64,000 nucleotides of DNA from the human T2T-CHM13v2.0 reference genome, Homo sapiens. Under the pieces are notes generated by a model. It was not told the DNA's origin. It saw only the letters and a program-made list of their open reading frames with translations, and searched no databases. A program made the position numbers and the translations under genes. This document shows, one piece after another, positions 1 through 24,500 of this stretch. The DNA lies in the NCBI RefSeq assembly GCF_009914755.1, contig NC_060933.1; one strand, written 5' to 3'. Numbering within the stretch: the first letter of the stretch is position 1; the number at the start of each line of letters is the position of its first letter.

Positions 1-1329
<1,329 letters not shown>

Positions 1330-2555
1330 TAGCAACAGACCCCTATTACTTTTGTAATTAAAGGGGAGACTCAAAACCCAAAAATAATCTGTAGGTTAAA
1401 GAAGACAGCTTGGAGCACATGTGGTCTCAGGAACTTGTTTGGCCTAATTGGCTGGATCTGTTACAGCTTAATGCAGCTCCAGTTTTGCTTCTTAGCAAAT
1501 TGTCCACTCTGCAAGCCACCAGAGTGTGTTTCATGGGGAAAAATCAAGCATCTTTAGTTGAGGTCCTGCCAAGTAATTTAATGAACAATAAATAGGAAAT
1601 TTCAAATTTGGAAGGCACTGTAGAGATCATTATACCCAAAGCTGTCAAGCCTCAAGGAGACTGCTCTAATGTCAGGATAGTGCCAGTGGAACCAGCAGGA
1701 GAGTCCAAGTGTCATCATAGTCCACCGCCCTGCCAGTGTTTTCTGTCTCCTCTGACACCATCTTTCTTACTGTAATGGCAGTCACTGACATTTGATTTGG
1801 GTTCTTTTCTATTTTCAGTGTTATGACTTTTTGTAAAAACTACAGTTTACTGTTTTTGACAGTGAAACCTAATTCTTCTCTATTGCATTTTCCATTTTAG
1901 CAGCTACTTTTACTTCTAAAAGTTATCAATAAGCAAGGCAATTTGAAAATCTGTCCTGAGATTTGCTTTCTGAAAGTTATCTTATGAAAGGTAATTCTTC
2001 AGCAATAGACTCTAGGAGAAAAGCAAGGATCAATGATTTCATGGTGGGCAAGATTACTAGTAACTGCTAATTCATTATTCGATGATAACTTGAAAATGGT
2101 TCATAATTTATTAGAAAGGAAACATTTTCCTTTCTTCAACAAATGTTTGTTACACTCCTCCTAAATTCAGCTATAAGGACACGGTGTTGAAAAGACAGAT
2201 ATGGTTTTGAGACCTACCCAATGCCCTGTGAAGAGGCCAGAGGGCTGCTGAATGATGGGAAATGTGCTGACTTGGTCCAGAAAATGGGCAAGGAGAAGGC
2301 CCTATGAGTCTTAGAGGAGAACGTGTAACACAGTCCGTATCACTACCACACCATTTGCTCTGCAGTCAGAACCTGAGAAGACCTCATGCACAGGCATGGT
2401 CATACTATTTCAACAAATTCAGAACCCAGGAAGGAATCTTCTTTCATTTAGTATCTGTGCGGAAAGGTATCTGAGCTGTCTACTTCAGCCCTAGTTGAGG
2501 AATTGAGTCTTGTCTAAGCTCACCTACCCAATCAGTGACAGAAATGAGAATAGAG

Positions 2556-4042
<1,487 letters not shown>

Positions 4043-4231
4043 TAATGTAGTCAGTTCGTGTTGTATATCTAAATCCAGCAAATATAGCCCTGTGTGGTTC
4101 TTAAGCTGTACTCCCTTCAGCTGCCTTGGAGGTGCAGAAGTCTCAGCCTCTGATTAAAGAGGATCACTAGAATTTTGATCCTCCTTCCACAGTCTTCTGA
4201 GAAAGTATTTTGAAAGCACATTGCCTGATTC

Positions 4232-5506
<1,275 letters not shown>

Positions 5507-5899
5507 AATTTTAAGTCTTTTATACAAATTAACTCATGTAAGCATCACAGCACCTCCATAAGATAGGTGCGATTATTATCGCCATTTAAGAGATGAGGAC
5601 ACCGAAGGCCCAGAGAGGTTAAATTGACTGTTACATCAGACACCGGCTGCATTTAGATCATTTAGATCATAGTAACCTCCTAAGGAGCCCTTATGAAGAA
5701 AGATACCCTAATTTATCAGAAAGGATTGTGACTTTCTGAAGGTAGAATTTGTATTAGTCCGGCAGTTAATAAAGTGGTAGGCATAATATATGTTTCTTAT
5801 ACATCTTCAGGAAGAAATTTTCTTTATCATCTCTGTTTTCCTTTGAAGATAGGCTCTGTCCTAGTCAGTGATCTTTCTTAAGAGAGAAGTGAAACTTCT

Positions 5900-9023
<3,124 letters not shown>

Positions 9024-9464
9024 CTCATAGTAGAATATTATCCAGCTATGAAAAGGAGCAGATTTCAGCTCCATGTATAACTAACAAGCACAATGTTGAG
9101 CCAAAGAAATAGAAAACATCACTGTGATAAACTCCATATTGTTACTTCCCCTTCCACTCCGTATTCTTCCACCACGGAAATTATGTATGCAATTGGAAGG
9201 GCCAAAGATTGAAATCAAGGTTTTTTCTATGATGGCAGGGGCCTTATTGTTTTTATTGATTGCTGTATCTCCAATGCTTAGGACTATGTCTGGCACATGA
9301 TAGGCATTGTGGAAATGAATGAACTTTCAGGTAGCAGAAGTATCCTCAGAAAACTCTAAAGATGCTAGGCAGATTCTGGCTAGGATGTAAAAGAATATAG
9401 AAAACCTTCACTGCCATAATAACACCAAGAAAAATCCAGATGATGTAGAAGTCACACTTACTCT

Positions 9465-10010
9465 GGCAGTATTGGAATTATTTACTGCTGTATAACAAAT
9501 TGCCTCAAAACCTAGTAGCCTGCAACAGCTACTTATTTATTATAGTCTTGGATTCTGTAGGTCATAACTTCAGATGGACTTAGTAGGGATGGCTTGTCTT
9601 CACAGTATCTGTGATCTCAGCTGGAAGAAGGGAAGACTGGAGGCAGGAGTCATCTGAAGGCTCACTCTGATGTCAGTGGTTGGCTTGGCTGTTGGCTCAG
9701 ACCTTAGCTGGAGCTGTTAGCTGAACACCTACATTTGGCCTATGTAGCCTGGGCTTCCTCACAACGTGGTGGCTAGGTTCCAAGGAGGAACATTCCAAGA
9801 AAGAGGAAGAGCCATGCTGAAGCTGTATAACCTTTTATGACCTATCCTCAGAAGTCACAGAACATCACTTAGGCTGCATCCTCTTCATCAAGGCACTCAC
9901 AAAGTCCCATCCAGGTTCAAGAGGAGATACAGAGGCCGCCTCTTGCTCTAGAAGAGCATATGTGACTAGAAGTATTGCTGTGATCATCTTTGGAAAATAT
10001 CTGTCATAAT
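9465..10010. mobile_element. MLT1-family (MaLR) LTR relic
   Basis: TGCTGTATAACAAATTGCCTCAAAACCTAGTAGC...GGCTTCCTCACAAC...AGAAGTCACAGAACATCACTT motifs. Confidence 0.65.
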
Positions 10011-10239
10011 GGGACCATTGAAGAGTGGCAGAAAGCCTTGTTGAACTGGTTTCCAGAGAGTGGAGCCCATCATAGGTGTGAGCACTGTGGCACAGCAGCT
10101 GCTGGGGGCAGATGCCAGGTCTGGGTTTGAGCAGGTAGTAGAGAGGACTTGCCAAAGACTGAGAAAATGTACTGGCTGGAGAAGGAGCTGTTGGCAGTGA
10201 TGGGGGCAAGCAAAATAAATGACCAGTAATTACATGAAA

Positions 10240-11360
<1,121 letters not shown>

Positions 11361-11368
11361 TATGCTAA

Positions 11369-12022
<654 letters not shown>

Positions 12023-12627
12023 TAAGTGCAACAATAATTTATTCAGCATACATATCCTCCAGCTCTCCCCCGCTAATCCTCCCCAACTTTGCAAAGAAAA
12101 AGGAACTAAAGCAGCACTAAAAAGTAGAAAGAACTCACAGGGTCTTACATTCTCCTGTTTTCTGGAACTCTTGTTTGAAAGGTGATACTTCCTCTTGCCT
12201 CCCACCTCAGATACTTACAGACCAATAACCTAAAACCTAAGTGGAGACTGTTGGGCTAACCAGAGGTGAGCTCAGTCTTCTTAAATCTGTGACTCTGTTC
12301 CAGATCAACCCTTAGTGAAATCTGAATAATTATTTCCTCACTTTAATCAGACGAAATGGGAGCTCTCACTCTCTAGGAAAAGCATTAATGTTCTTCAGTC
12401 ACCACTGTTCTTCCATAATACAAACATACAGAGCAACCAAAAAAGAGAGTGACACCCACAATTAAATTTTTAAAATCAGCAAAAACCAACCTATAGATGA
12501 TTCAGATATTGGAACTGGAGACAGACTTTAACTGTCATGTTCATAGGGCTTATGGGAAAATAGTTGAAACAGTGGTTGAATAAGGAATCTCAGCAGAGAA
12601 ATGGAAGCTTAAAAAAACCAATGGAAA

Positions 12628-13047
<420 letters not shown>

Positions 13048-13810
13048 CTAAAATGAAGGTCAGAGAGATGGAAAAAAAATGGATAGAGCATTTCTACGAT
13101 CTATGCAACAATATCAGGCAGTCCAATATATGTGTAATCAGAGTCCTAGAAGGGTAGGAGACAGAATGGGTAGGATAAATTCACAAAAGAAGTGCAAAAC
13201 TTATACAATGAATACTATAAAACATTGTTGAAATTAATGACAACCTAAATAAATGAAAATACATCCCATATTCATGGATCAGAAGACTCAACATTTTGTT
13301 AAAATGGAATACTCTTAGCTAGTAAATTGTAGAACCAGTACTGAAACCAAGGTCTGTTCAAATTAATTTAATCATTCATATAGGAATTCATGGTGAGTAG
13401 GACAGGCAAAGGTGGCTGTGTTCATGGAGCCTCCATTAGATGGAGGGAGTCATTCTTTAATAAAACGGTATAATTTCAGATAGTGTTAAGTACTGTGAAA
13501 TAAAGCATGATGTGATAATAATTGGGGAAGATGGTTTAGGTTAGATGGTCAGGAAATGCCTCTCTGAAAAAGTCTCATAAATGTCTCTTTTTCTTTTTAC
13601 ATTTTGTTTTCTTGAATTAGGACCAAATAAAGGCCACACATTGAGATTGCTTGCTATGTCTCTTAAGTCTCTTTATGTATAGGTTCCTCTTTCATATCTC
13701 GCTTTTGAATTTTTCCTGGTAATTCAGTTGTTGAACAAAGCTGGTCATTTGTCCTGTGGCGTTTCCCATGATCTGGTTTCTGACTGCACAGCTTCCAAGT
13801 GAATGCCATC

Positions 13811-14878
13811 TGTTGCGGGAAGTCAGGGACCCCAAATGGAGGGACCTGCTGAAGCCGTGACAGAAGAACATAAATTGTGAAGATTTCATGGACATTTATT
13901 AGTTCCCCAAATTAATACTTTTGTAATTTCTTACGCCTGTCTTTACTACAATCTCTGAACATAAATCGTGAAAATGTCATGGACGTTTATCACTTCCCTG
14001 ATCAGTACTCTTGTGATTTCCTATGCCTGTCTTTACTTTAATCTCTTAATCCCGTCATCTTCATAAGCTGAGGATGTATGTTGCCTCAGGACCCTGTGAT
14101 GATTGCATTATCTGCACAAATTGTGGAGCATGTGTGTTTGAACAATATGAAATCTGGGCATCCAAAAGGAACAGGATGGCTGCGATTTTCATGGAACAAG
14201 GGAGATAACCATTGGGCCTGACTGCCTGAGGGGCTGGACAGAACAGAGTCATATTTCTCTTCTTACAAAACCGAATAGGAGAAATAACACTGAGTTCTTT
14301 TTCTCAGCAAGGAACAGCCCTGAGAAAGAGAATGCATTCCTAGGGAGAGGTCTCTAAAATGGCCACTCTAGGAGTGTCTGTCTTACACGGTTGTAGATGA
14401 GGGATGAAACAAGCCCCAGTCTCCTGTGGCACCCCAGGCCTCTTAGGATTGGGAAATTCCTGCCTAGTAAATTTTAGTCAGACCGATTGTCTGCTCTCAA
14501 ACCCTGTCTCCTGATAAGATGTTATCACTGATAATGCATGCCCAGTGGGACATGAAACTTCATCAGCAATTCTAATTTCACCCTGGTCCTGTGATCTCGC
14601 TCTGCCCCATTTGCCTTGTGATATTTTATTGCCCTTGAAGCATGTGATCTCTGTGACCCACACCCTATTCATACAACCCTCCCCTTTTGAAATCCATAAT
14701 AACTTACTGGTTTTGTGGCTCAGGGGGCATCACGGAACCTGCCAACATGTGATGTCTCCCCTGGACACCCAGCTTTAAAATTTCTCTCTTTTGTGTTCTT
14801 TCCCTTTATTTCTCAGACTGGCCGACACTTAGGGAAAATAGAACGTATGTTGAAATATCGGGGGCTGGTTCCCCGATA
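13811..14878 (+). mobile_element. MER11-family solo LTR (HERV-K11/HML-8), 1068 bp, sense to NUP214 in intron 30
   Basis: Starts TGTTGCGGGAAGTCAGGGACCCC, ends TTCCCCGATA; 6-bp TSD GCCATC at 13805-13810 and 14879-14884; internal ~89-bp tandem duplication. Confidence 0.9.
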
Positions 14879-15417
14879 GCCATCCTCAGCCCTCTGTTAC
14901 TTCCTCTGCAGTGGTGGTTGGGTCTAGAGGCTTGAGGAGAGTCAAGTTAATTGTTTTTGGCAATATTGTAAGTCTGGATCTTAAACACTTACTCCTTACT
15001 CCTTACACTATATTAAGGCATTATTGTTAAAATTTTCGGATATAATGGTCATGTAGTGATGGTTTTTTTTATAGATTTATACAGGAAAATTAGTGGATGA
15101 AATGATATGTCTGAGATTTGCTCCACTGTAATAAAGGATGAGAAGTACTTGGGGGTAAAGACAAAATCTGACAGGCCATGAGTTGAGCATTGTTGAATCT
15201 GGCTGATGGGTGTCTGGAGGGTTCATTATACTCTTCTGTCTGCTTTTTGTAGTTTTTAGATTTTCCATAATTTTGTAGTTTTTAGATTTTCCATAATTTT
15301 ATGTTTTAAAGCCTGTTGTTATTTATCTCAATTAAAATGAATGGAATTCTCTCTCACCCATTTATGAGGATGCAATAACTATCAATTCATGTTGACTTCA
15401 GTAAAATATGTTAGTGA

Positions 15418-15754
<337 letters not shown>

Positions 15755-16031
15755 TGTCAAATCACATTTTAAAAATTAAGCTGAACCATTTGAGGTTTCT
15801 GAGCTTTTTCAGGCAAAATGCTCATATACTGGCAATTTTCTGTGTTTCAGCCTGATGCATGGACGTCAGCTAAGCAGTCAAATACCTTCCACATGCATGC
15901 ATTCATTGTTAGGTTTTCTAACTTTCCATGGCAGTTTACTAGTTATCAGGGCCAATGCTGTTAGGACTGAATTGGATTCCTAGTTTTTAAAAGCTGTGAC
16001 TCACCATTAAATGGTTGTAGTGAATTGGTAC

Positions 16032-16032
<1 letters not shown>

Positions 16033-16074
<42 letters not shown>
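16033..16074. repeat. (GTT)14 microsatellite
   Basis: Perfect trinucleotide run. Confidence 0.95.
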
Positions 16075-17498
16075 AAGAAATTTAAAGGGGGAAAAAAAAA
16101 GAGACTAGGAAGTACATTAAGTATGTTACCCTAAGACAGAAATTAGCTTGTTGTATCTGAGGCACAGAAGATATGTGTGACTGCCCTGAGTGAGGGGGAG
16201 GATGATAAAAGATGATGTCAGAGCAGTGGAAAAGGGACAGATCATGTTGGGCCTTCTAGAATTGGTAGACAGGAGTGAAATGATGTGACTGCCATTGCAA
16301 GTAGTGCTCCAGCTGCTGTGTGGACGTAGACTGTAGTGGGAGCAAAAGACCAGCTAAGTTGTTGCATAGTCTGGGCAAAAGGTTGGGGTTAGGTGGCTCA
16401 GACCAGAGTAGAAAGGAGGGGATACCCTAGGGGGTGGGGGGCATTTCAGAAGTGGCCCACTGGAGGTTTGATGAGTAGAGATTAAGTGATTACTTAGAAA
16501 ATACTTAGGAATGTGCCTAGCACATACAGAGTGCTTGATTTTTGGTTCATTGTGGTTAAAACACTGAACAGCAACCATTTTTTGAGCATATAAGTCTGTT
16601 TCAGGCTCTGTTCTAAAGTGTGTTACATTTCTTGGCTCACGTAATTCACTCTCCGCTGTGTTGAGATGGGTAGTTTATTACCACCATTTTACAGGAGAGG
16701 ATCCATAGCACCGCTCTGCTCTTGCAAGTTTCTATGCACAGTGGCCCCTTTCCAAAGTCCATCTTATTCTGCATTCTCAGCCACGGAGAGATGACACTTA
16801 ACTAAGGTGAATGGCCCCTCAAATGTAGCCCAGTTGTTCTTTAAGAACCAGCTTCCAGAGAAGTTAAGTGTCTGGGACCTGACACAGCCTCGAGTCAGCA
16901 TTTGCCCCTGTGCTAGCAGCATCCTCTGAGCATGAGATTTGCAAACTTGGACAGAATTCAGCTTTGGTCATCATTTCAACAATGAAGCTAATTTAAGCTT
17001 ACTTCTGCAGCACTGGGAAAGTCATTATGAAATAAAAGTGCACAAATGGAGAGAAAGACAGTGAAAATCACTTATCATCCATTGCTAATGAGTTCAGCCA
17101 AACGCTGGAGGAATCAGAATAAGTGGTGTCCGTAATAGCTTGTAAATGTTTTCGAACTTTTTATTTGGTGGATCTCTTGTGGGGTTGGTTTTCCTGACCC
17201 TGGCATTGTGTCAAACAGACACTGCGGGCAGTGTAGCAGATAAACATTAAAAGTTCCCACCTACCATAAATCATGTTTTCAGAGAACTGTGAACATGGAA
17301 TAGCTTGAGAACTTCTCATAGATAGGAAGTCCCTGTCCAGAGTCTAGCTTCTTTTGTGGTGGTTAGAGCATTTGTACCAGAACTAATCTTGCTTTTTCCA
17401 TTTGTGCCAGCTGTGAGCACCTCCTGCCCACGGATGCAGCCTGCCATTTCACGATGACCTCTCATCCTATCTTGCTTCCTGACCCTTTTGTTTTTTAG

Positions 17499-17732
<234 letters not shown>

Positions 17733-18183
17733 TGACAAATATAAAAAGAAAAAAAAATCTAGAAGGCTCATTTAAAATATCTTCCCCAAAGCAGTGTGAT
17801 CTGTTTTGCTTTTTTATTTTTGGTTTTTTAATGAGATGTCCTATATAATCATGAAAAGATATCAGAGCTGAGGGAGAGGATCTGTGTATTGAGCTGCTCC
17901 CCTCTTCTCTCCCAAGGCCCAAATCGCTCTGTTTCTTAGTATTGGAGTGACTTGAAGTGAATGCAAGCAGACAAGCATAAATGAGCAGCAGCAGAGCAAG
18001 CCGAGGATGCTGGGAGGAGAGCATGCAGACTTTCATTTGGATAGTACTCTCCAAATTTTCCTTAAAATTCAGCTCCTGTAGGGAGATGTCACCCAAAAGT
18101 TGAAGCCTTTAATATTTCTCACCTCTTACATTTTTGTTTTATTTTCATCTGAAGCTGTATCTGCCAGTACTTTCTTTAGCTAA

Positions 18184-19115
<932 letters not shown>

Positions 19116-20136
19116 TAAAAGTTATTTGTTGACCTGTGTATTCATGGTTGGAAATGAAAGAAATCTGTTTGTGTAGATCTTTATCCTGCTGCTCAGGCGG
19201 AAGCTGAGATTAGAAGTTGGGAGCCTGTCCTGTTTGTCTCAGCTTCTCTCATTTAATGTGCCCTACATGAAGTTTCTCTCATCTGTTGTGCTGTGTGAGA
19301 TCTCCATGAATCATGAGCTAGTGTTCTGCAGTCATGACAGATGTTTCCTTAATATTAAGGCCTGTGCAGTTAGCAAAACTTTCTATCCTGATTTGCCCTT
19401 CTAAACTCCTAAATCAAAAACTAGTCAGTTTTTTAGTTCAGCCTGGGCAACACAGCAAGTCCCCATCTCAAAAACCAAACAAACAAAAACCTAGTTATTT
19501 TGATGTCACTGTCCACTCCACTAATACATAAGGAAAGATTATTGTCAAGAGACACATACCTTTTACCTTGTGAAATTATGTAATCAGAAGTTTTTGTTCT
19601 TTAGGTTTCAGTCTGCCAGGAGGGATTTAGAATCCTGGATCTTAGAAATCAAGTCTAGTAGTTTTCAAAAACTGTTTTTGCCAATGAACTCTTAAGTAGC
19701 ATCCTGATAAGGAAAACAAAAGTAGGTTCATGCTGAAGCAGGGGTCAGGAACTCCAAAACACACAGCTGGCTGGCACCACAGGACCGTGAGGCTCCATAG
19801 CACATACTTTGAAAACATCGTCCTTTTATGGCTCTTCATTTTCCATTGAGGAAACAAGCCCAGAATTCTGAGGTCACAGAGCCAGAAAGTCACAGATATA
19901 GAACTCAGCTAGACTATATGTCACATGCCAGACACAGAATCTGGCACAGAATAGACACTTAATAACATGCTCCACTGCAGTTAGAAATTTGGGTTTATCC
20001 CAGAGCTAAGGTATCATCTGCGAGGTTGTGTTACTGGCCAATTTTGTTAAAAGTTAAATGTGTCATATCCCTATAAACATTCGTTTACTCATCTCTAATG
20101 CCATGGCTCTTGACTGTCAAGGAGTTGCCTTCTGTC

Positions 20137-20315
20137 AGTGGCTGGCTGCAGCTGGTTTGCACGGACACATGAGAGCCAGCCAAGCACATCTTCCCAGTTG
20201 TTCATTAGGTGACATCGTTTGGGGTAACCTGAAATGAGCCATTGTGGAGTATTTATATCATGGAAATCAGAAAACCCTACAAACCAGGACTCCCCAGCCT
20301 GTCAAACATTACTGG
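20137..20315. mobile_element. MER63-like hAT DNA transposon relic
   Basis: CAGTGG...GAGAGCC...TGAAATGAGCCATTGTGGAGTATTTATATCATGGAAATC...CTACAAACCAGG resembles MER63. Confidence 0.6.
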
Positions 20316-20699
20316 CTGATTCTTCTAATTCTGGTTTAAAGTAAACACATAACTATTCTTGATACCAGATAACCTGTTAGTCTTCATCTTCTAAATGTTG
20401 GCTGTTAACTATAAACCAACAATTTACATGTGTGCCTAAGGGAAGTTTAAGTGATTTTGAAGGAGTAGAGGAAACACTTAACATTGTATTATTTTAAAAA
20501 CTATATGATTTTATTTCAATAGTTTTTGGGGTACTAGGTGTATGATTCAATAGTGAAAGGGACAGGAATTGTTTTAACTCTGAGGGCCACCAAGTACAGA
20601 ATAAAAGGAAGGAACAGTGGAGAAGGAAGAGCTGGGAGTCGTCTGGGGAAAGGCATTGTCCTCACCACAGTACTCAGGATCGTTTCTGCAGAATCATCA

Positions 20700-21590
20700 G
20701 TGACAGCTTCTTTCTCCTTAATTGACTCTGCATCATTTGATGCTTTGAGCACCACTTCTTTCCTGGACTGTATGAACTGATTCTCCTGGTTCCTTCTGCC
20801 TTTCAAACAATTCCTCCTCTGCTTCTCTTCTTATCTCTACCTTCTCTCCCTCCCCTCACCAACCCCCGCACTCCCCGCCCCATTTTGCTATGGGGCATTC
20901 CCCGTGGTCATCTGTTCATCACAATCTTCTTCTCCCTTCCCCCTGGCTCTTCCATTGTGGTCTGAAAATCCATGCCAAACCCGAGTCTTAAGACTGCATT
21001 TATTTTGCCCCTTTTCCTACTCAAACCCTTGGGCAACTTCCCACTGACTATAGGATAAAGATGAAATAAACTTGAAACTGGAATTCAGGGCCCTCCTTGA
21101 GCTGGCCCCAAAGTACCTTTCTGACTGTACTCAGTTCCCCAGCACATTCCTTCTGGTTTGGTCAGTTTGTCTGCTTGCATCCCTCCCTCACTTCCTCCAG
21201 GTTCACTTGGCACCCTGCACCCACCTTCTGAGCCTGTCCTTCTTTAAAAGATGAATGCAAGGCTGTTTCTGTGTGCACTGCACCTTTGCCTGAGGGTCAT
21301 TCAGGCCCACCATGATCGCTCCCTCTCTGGAAATCCTGCAGCCCTTGGATTTCATCACTACACAAACCATCAAGCAGAAGGAAACCAGCCTTTATTAATC
21401 ACCTGCTGTGTGCCAGAAGCTCAATGCACGTGAGCTAACCACTTCTTACAACAGTGCTTTTAGATGTGGCTGTCCCCATTTCACTGATAGGAAAATCAGG
21501 TCCAAGAGGAGATGTATACTGCAGAAGTTGCACAGCTACTAAGTGGCGTAGCCAGGATTTAGTCCAGCTGCGTTTCCCGAGCTCTGATTG
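20700..21590. mobile_element. L2 and MIR relics
   Basis: CCCACTGACTATAGGATAAAG...CAGGGCCCTCCTTGAGCTGGCCCC (L2-like); CCCATTTCACTGATAGGAAAATCAGG...GCCAGGATTTAGTCCAG (MIR-like). Confidence 0.5.
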
Positions 21591-24500
21591 GCCTTGTTTA
21601 CAGAACGTCTCCCAGGTACGCCTTTTTGGGCAACATTTATGCATGGAAAAGACCCCATTATAGAGAGTTATTTGAGCAGTCCCCTTTGTGACATTTATGC
21701 CCCGGGCTGCTTTGCCCTGAAACTGCCCACTTTACCCCTGAGAAGTCGTGAGAACTATAACAATGACCGCAAAAGACAAGCTGAGAACACCAGTACTTGG
21801 AGTTGGCATGTTCTGTATCCAGAAGCTCAAAGCTTGCAAGAAGGGCTTCTTCTCTCTGTCATCCCCATAGAATCTACTAAAGAAAACCTGGGAACCCATG
21901 GAGACATCTAAAATTCACCACCACTGTGGATTGTTACCCATAAGGACCTGTTGCCTCCTTTAGTATTGTCCTGAGGACACTGTGTAGGGCCATTCCCAGC
22001 ACATTCTTTCTGTTTAGGGTCCTGAAAGACATATTTGTCTCATCAGAAGATGAAGAAGCCGTTTGATGATGATCTTGTGGGTTTACAGGGTCCCTCTACA
22101 ACTGTTCTTTAAGAAAATATCTTGGAAAGTATCCTGGGCAAGAGCTTCCTGAGAGACCCTTTCGGAGTATGCATTGAATTCTTGTTCAATGACTTTAGAC
22201 CTGCAGGATGATATGGGGCCTGGTCTGATACTCTGTATCGGATTTAATTGCTATCCAGTTTATATTAAGTATAATTTAATTCAGATTGGGTCAGGCCCTG
22301 ATGTTGGATGATGCTAGTGTTTTTGCCAAATAAAAGACCAAAGAAGATCCATGTTTTGCCAGCAGGGTGGAAGCCCAGAGCAGATGCCAGTTTTACCTGT
22401 ACTTGGCACCCCTAAAGTGTCAGTCACAGATGGCTATGCAAAGACAAACTTGTTTTTTTTACTGGATAGTTTATTTACAAGTCAAGAAGAATCTTCTACA
22501 GTGAAATATTGTTCGGTCCGCCAAGATATTCTCTTATGGTAATATGAGAATATGGTAACATATTTTCAAAAACTAGAGACTATGTTATTTTGGAACCATT
22601 AGGAGAAAACCAAGAAACACATTGTTGACATTAGAAACAGAGACTCAGTCATTGTTTTATGCTACTTTGTTTCAGAGCAGTTTAAATCAATGGTAAAATG
22701 TCTCAACATGCAGAGCTCCTTGAGAGACTGTAAATGAGAGTGATTACAGCTTTAATGGTGTCATTCTTGGGATCTTTTAAAAATGAAAAGGATTTGATTA
22801 TCTCCTGCTGACCTGCTCAGTGTCTTACTAGCTGAAGTGTGATTGAGATGTGGAAGGAAGAGGTTGAAGGAACAGAGAAGGGCAGCAGCCTTTTCCGAGA
22901 GTCTACAACATACCACACTAGTGCCCTGTGTGCATCATGTTATCTTCCCAGCATCCCTGCAGAGTCACAATTGCTGTCCTGTTCTGTGTGTGGGGAAACT
23001 GGGACTTAGGATAGTTAAGTCCTTGCCCAGGGTGACACAGCTATTAGGTAATCTCACCCGGGTCTGACTGCAAACTTCACTGCTTGTTCCACTATGATAT
23101 GCCATAAAGATTTTAAAGTCAAAGAGTTCTTAAAGAGAGAAAAAGATTAAAAAGCCCAAAGACTTCTAAATGATCTCTGACTTCCCACCACTGTCCCAAT
23201 AACATCATTTCACCTCACATTTCATATGGTTGCACCAAGTTTCTCCAAGAGGAGATTCAACCCCAGTCTTGCCCTTGAATTTGTTTGCTATTTGAATTTT
23301 GCATTGCTAGCACTAACAAAGTGCAAAAATCTGTTCTTGAAATACCAAGTAAACGGAATGGCTGAGAAGCCTGTTTTCATCTCCATTGTCAAATGTACTG
23401 CCATTGAAGGAATCAGACGTAACTTTGGGCTAGCTCGATAAGGGGAAGGTCAAACTGCTCAGAAGGCCATTTTGTGGGACTCCGTCAAGGGATACATTAT
23501 CCTGTGGTACCGAGTTATGAGGGTGATACAAAGGGATTTCTTAACCACCCAGCTGCCAGTACCTGACATACCTGACATGTGGGTCCTTAGCCAGGCTCTC
23601 AAATTGTCAGCAGTGGTTTTATAGGGCAGTGACCATGATGTGATGGGCCAAGTCATATTGTATTACTGGTGCCTGGAAATTTGAGGTGACTGGGTCCCAA
23701 AGTGAGGCCACTCACTTCCTGGATTGTGGATTAAGAGCATTGCATCTGGACGTATTAACCATGGTGGCTCTCCTATTAGAGTTGGTTGGTAGCAGCATGA
23801 GTTGAGAGACCTGGGGAGGTGACAGGTTAATGGGGGGGCCACCTCTTCCAACAGCTCGACTTTGAAAATGATGTTAAGTGCTCCCCCTCCTCCAGTCCTC
23901 TCCTTTCACTTTGCTTGTGAACACCTGACTGGCTTAGGGAGAGACTGGTCCTTCATTACCCACCCAGTGATTACCCAGAGCATATGCTGTGCCTCCCATT
24001 TATGCCTTGTGTCTTTGGGCATCCACTCCACTTCAGGATAGCTTCTCCCTGCCTTGTGGGCATATATTCAATAAAACACCCATCTAGACGTGGTAGGAAA
24101 CGTGAGTTATTCCTTCCCTTCCCACCAACGCCCACCCCCCCCAAAAAAAGTTTGAAAACTCTGACATATCCTGTGCTATATTATCTGAGTGACAGCTGCT
24201 GTGTATGTGGACTTTGTCTGTTTATCTATTATTATCTGTCAGGTTTGCATTTCTTGTAACAGGTGAAAAAAAATTCTCAGCCATCTTGGTTTTTAGTAGT
24301 TTCCTTTTTTCCTTTAATTCTTGGAGTGAATTCAGTGCATAGTTGAGAGGGGGATGACCCCCTAGATAAGTATCTAAAAGGTCAAGGGCTTCATTAAACC
24401 TCTTAGAGGAAATCTGACTGGAAGTCTTGCTAGCCTCTTTAACATTCTTCAGACCATCCCTATATCCCCTTGGATCAAAGACAGGAGCACCATGATTTTT

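Noticed and set aside
22040-22320. TGATGA and CTGA motifs suggestive of a C/D box snoRNA
   Set aside because: No properly spaced box C-box D pair with a terminal stem or recognisable guide sequence.
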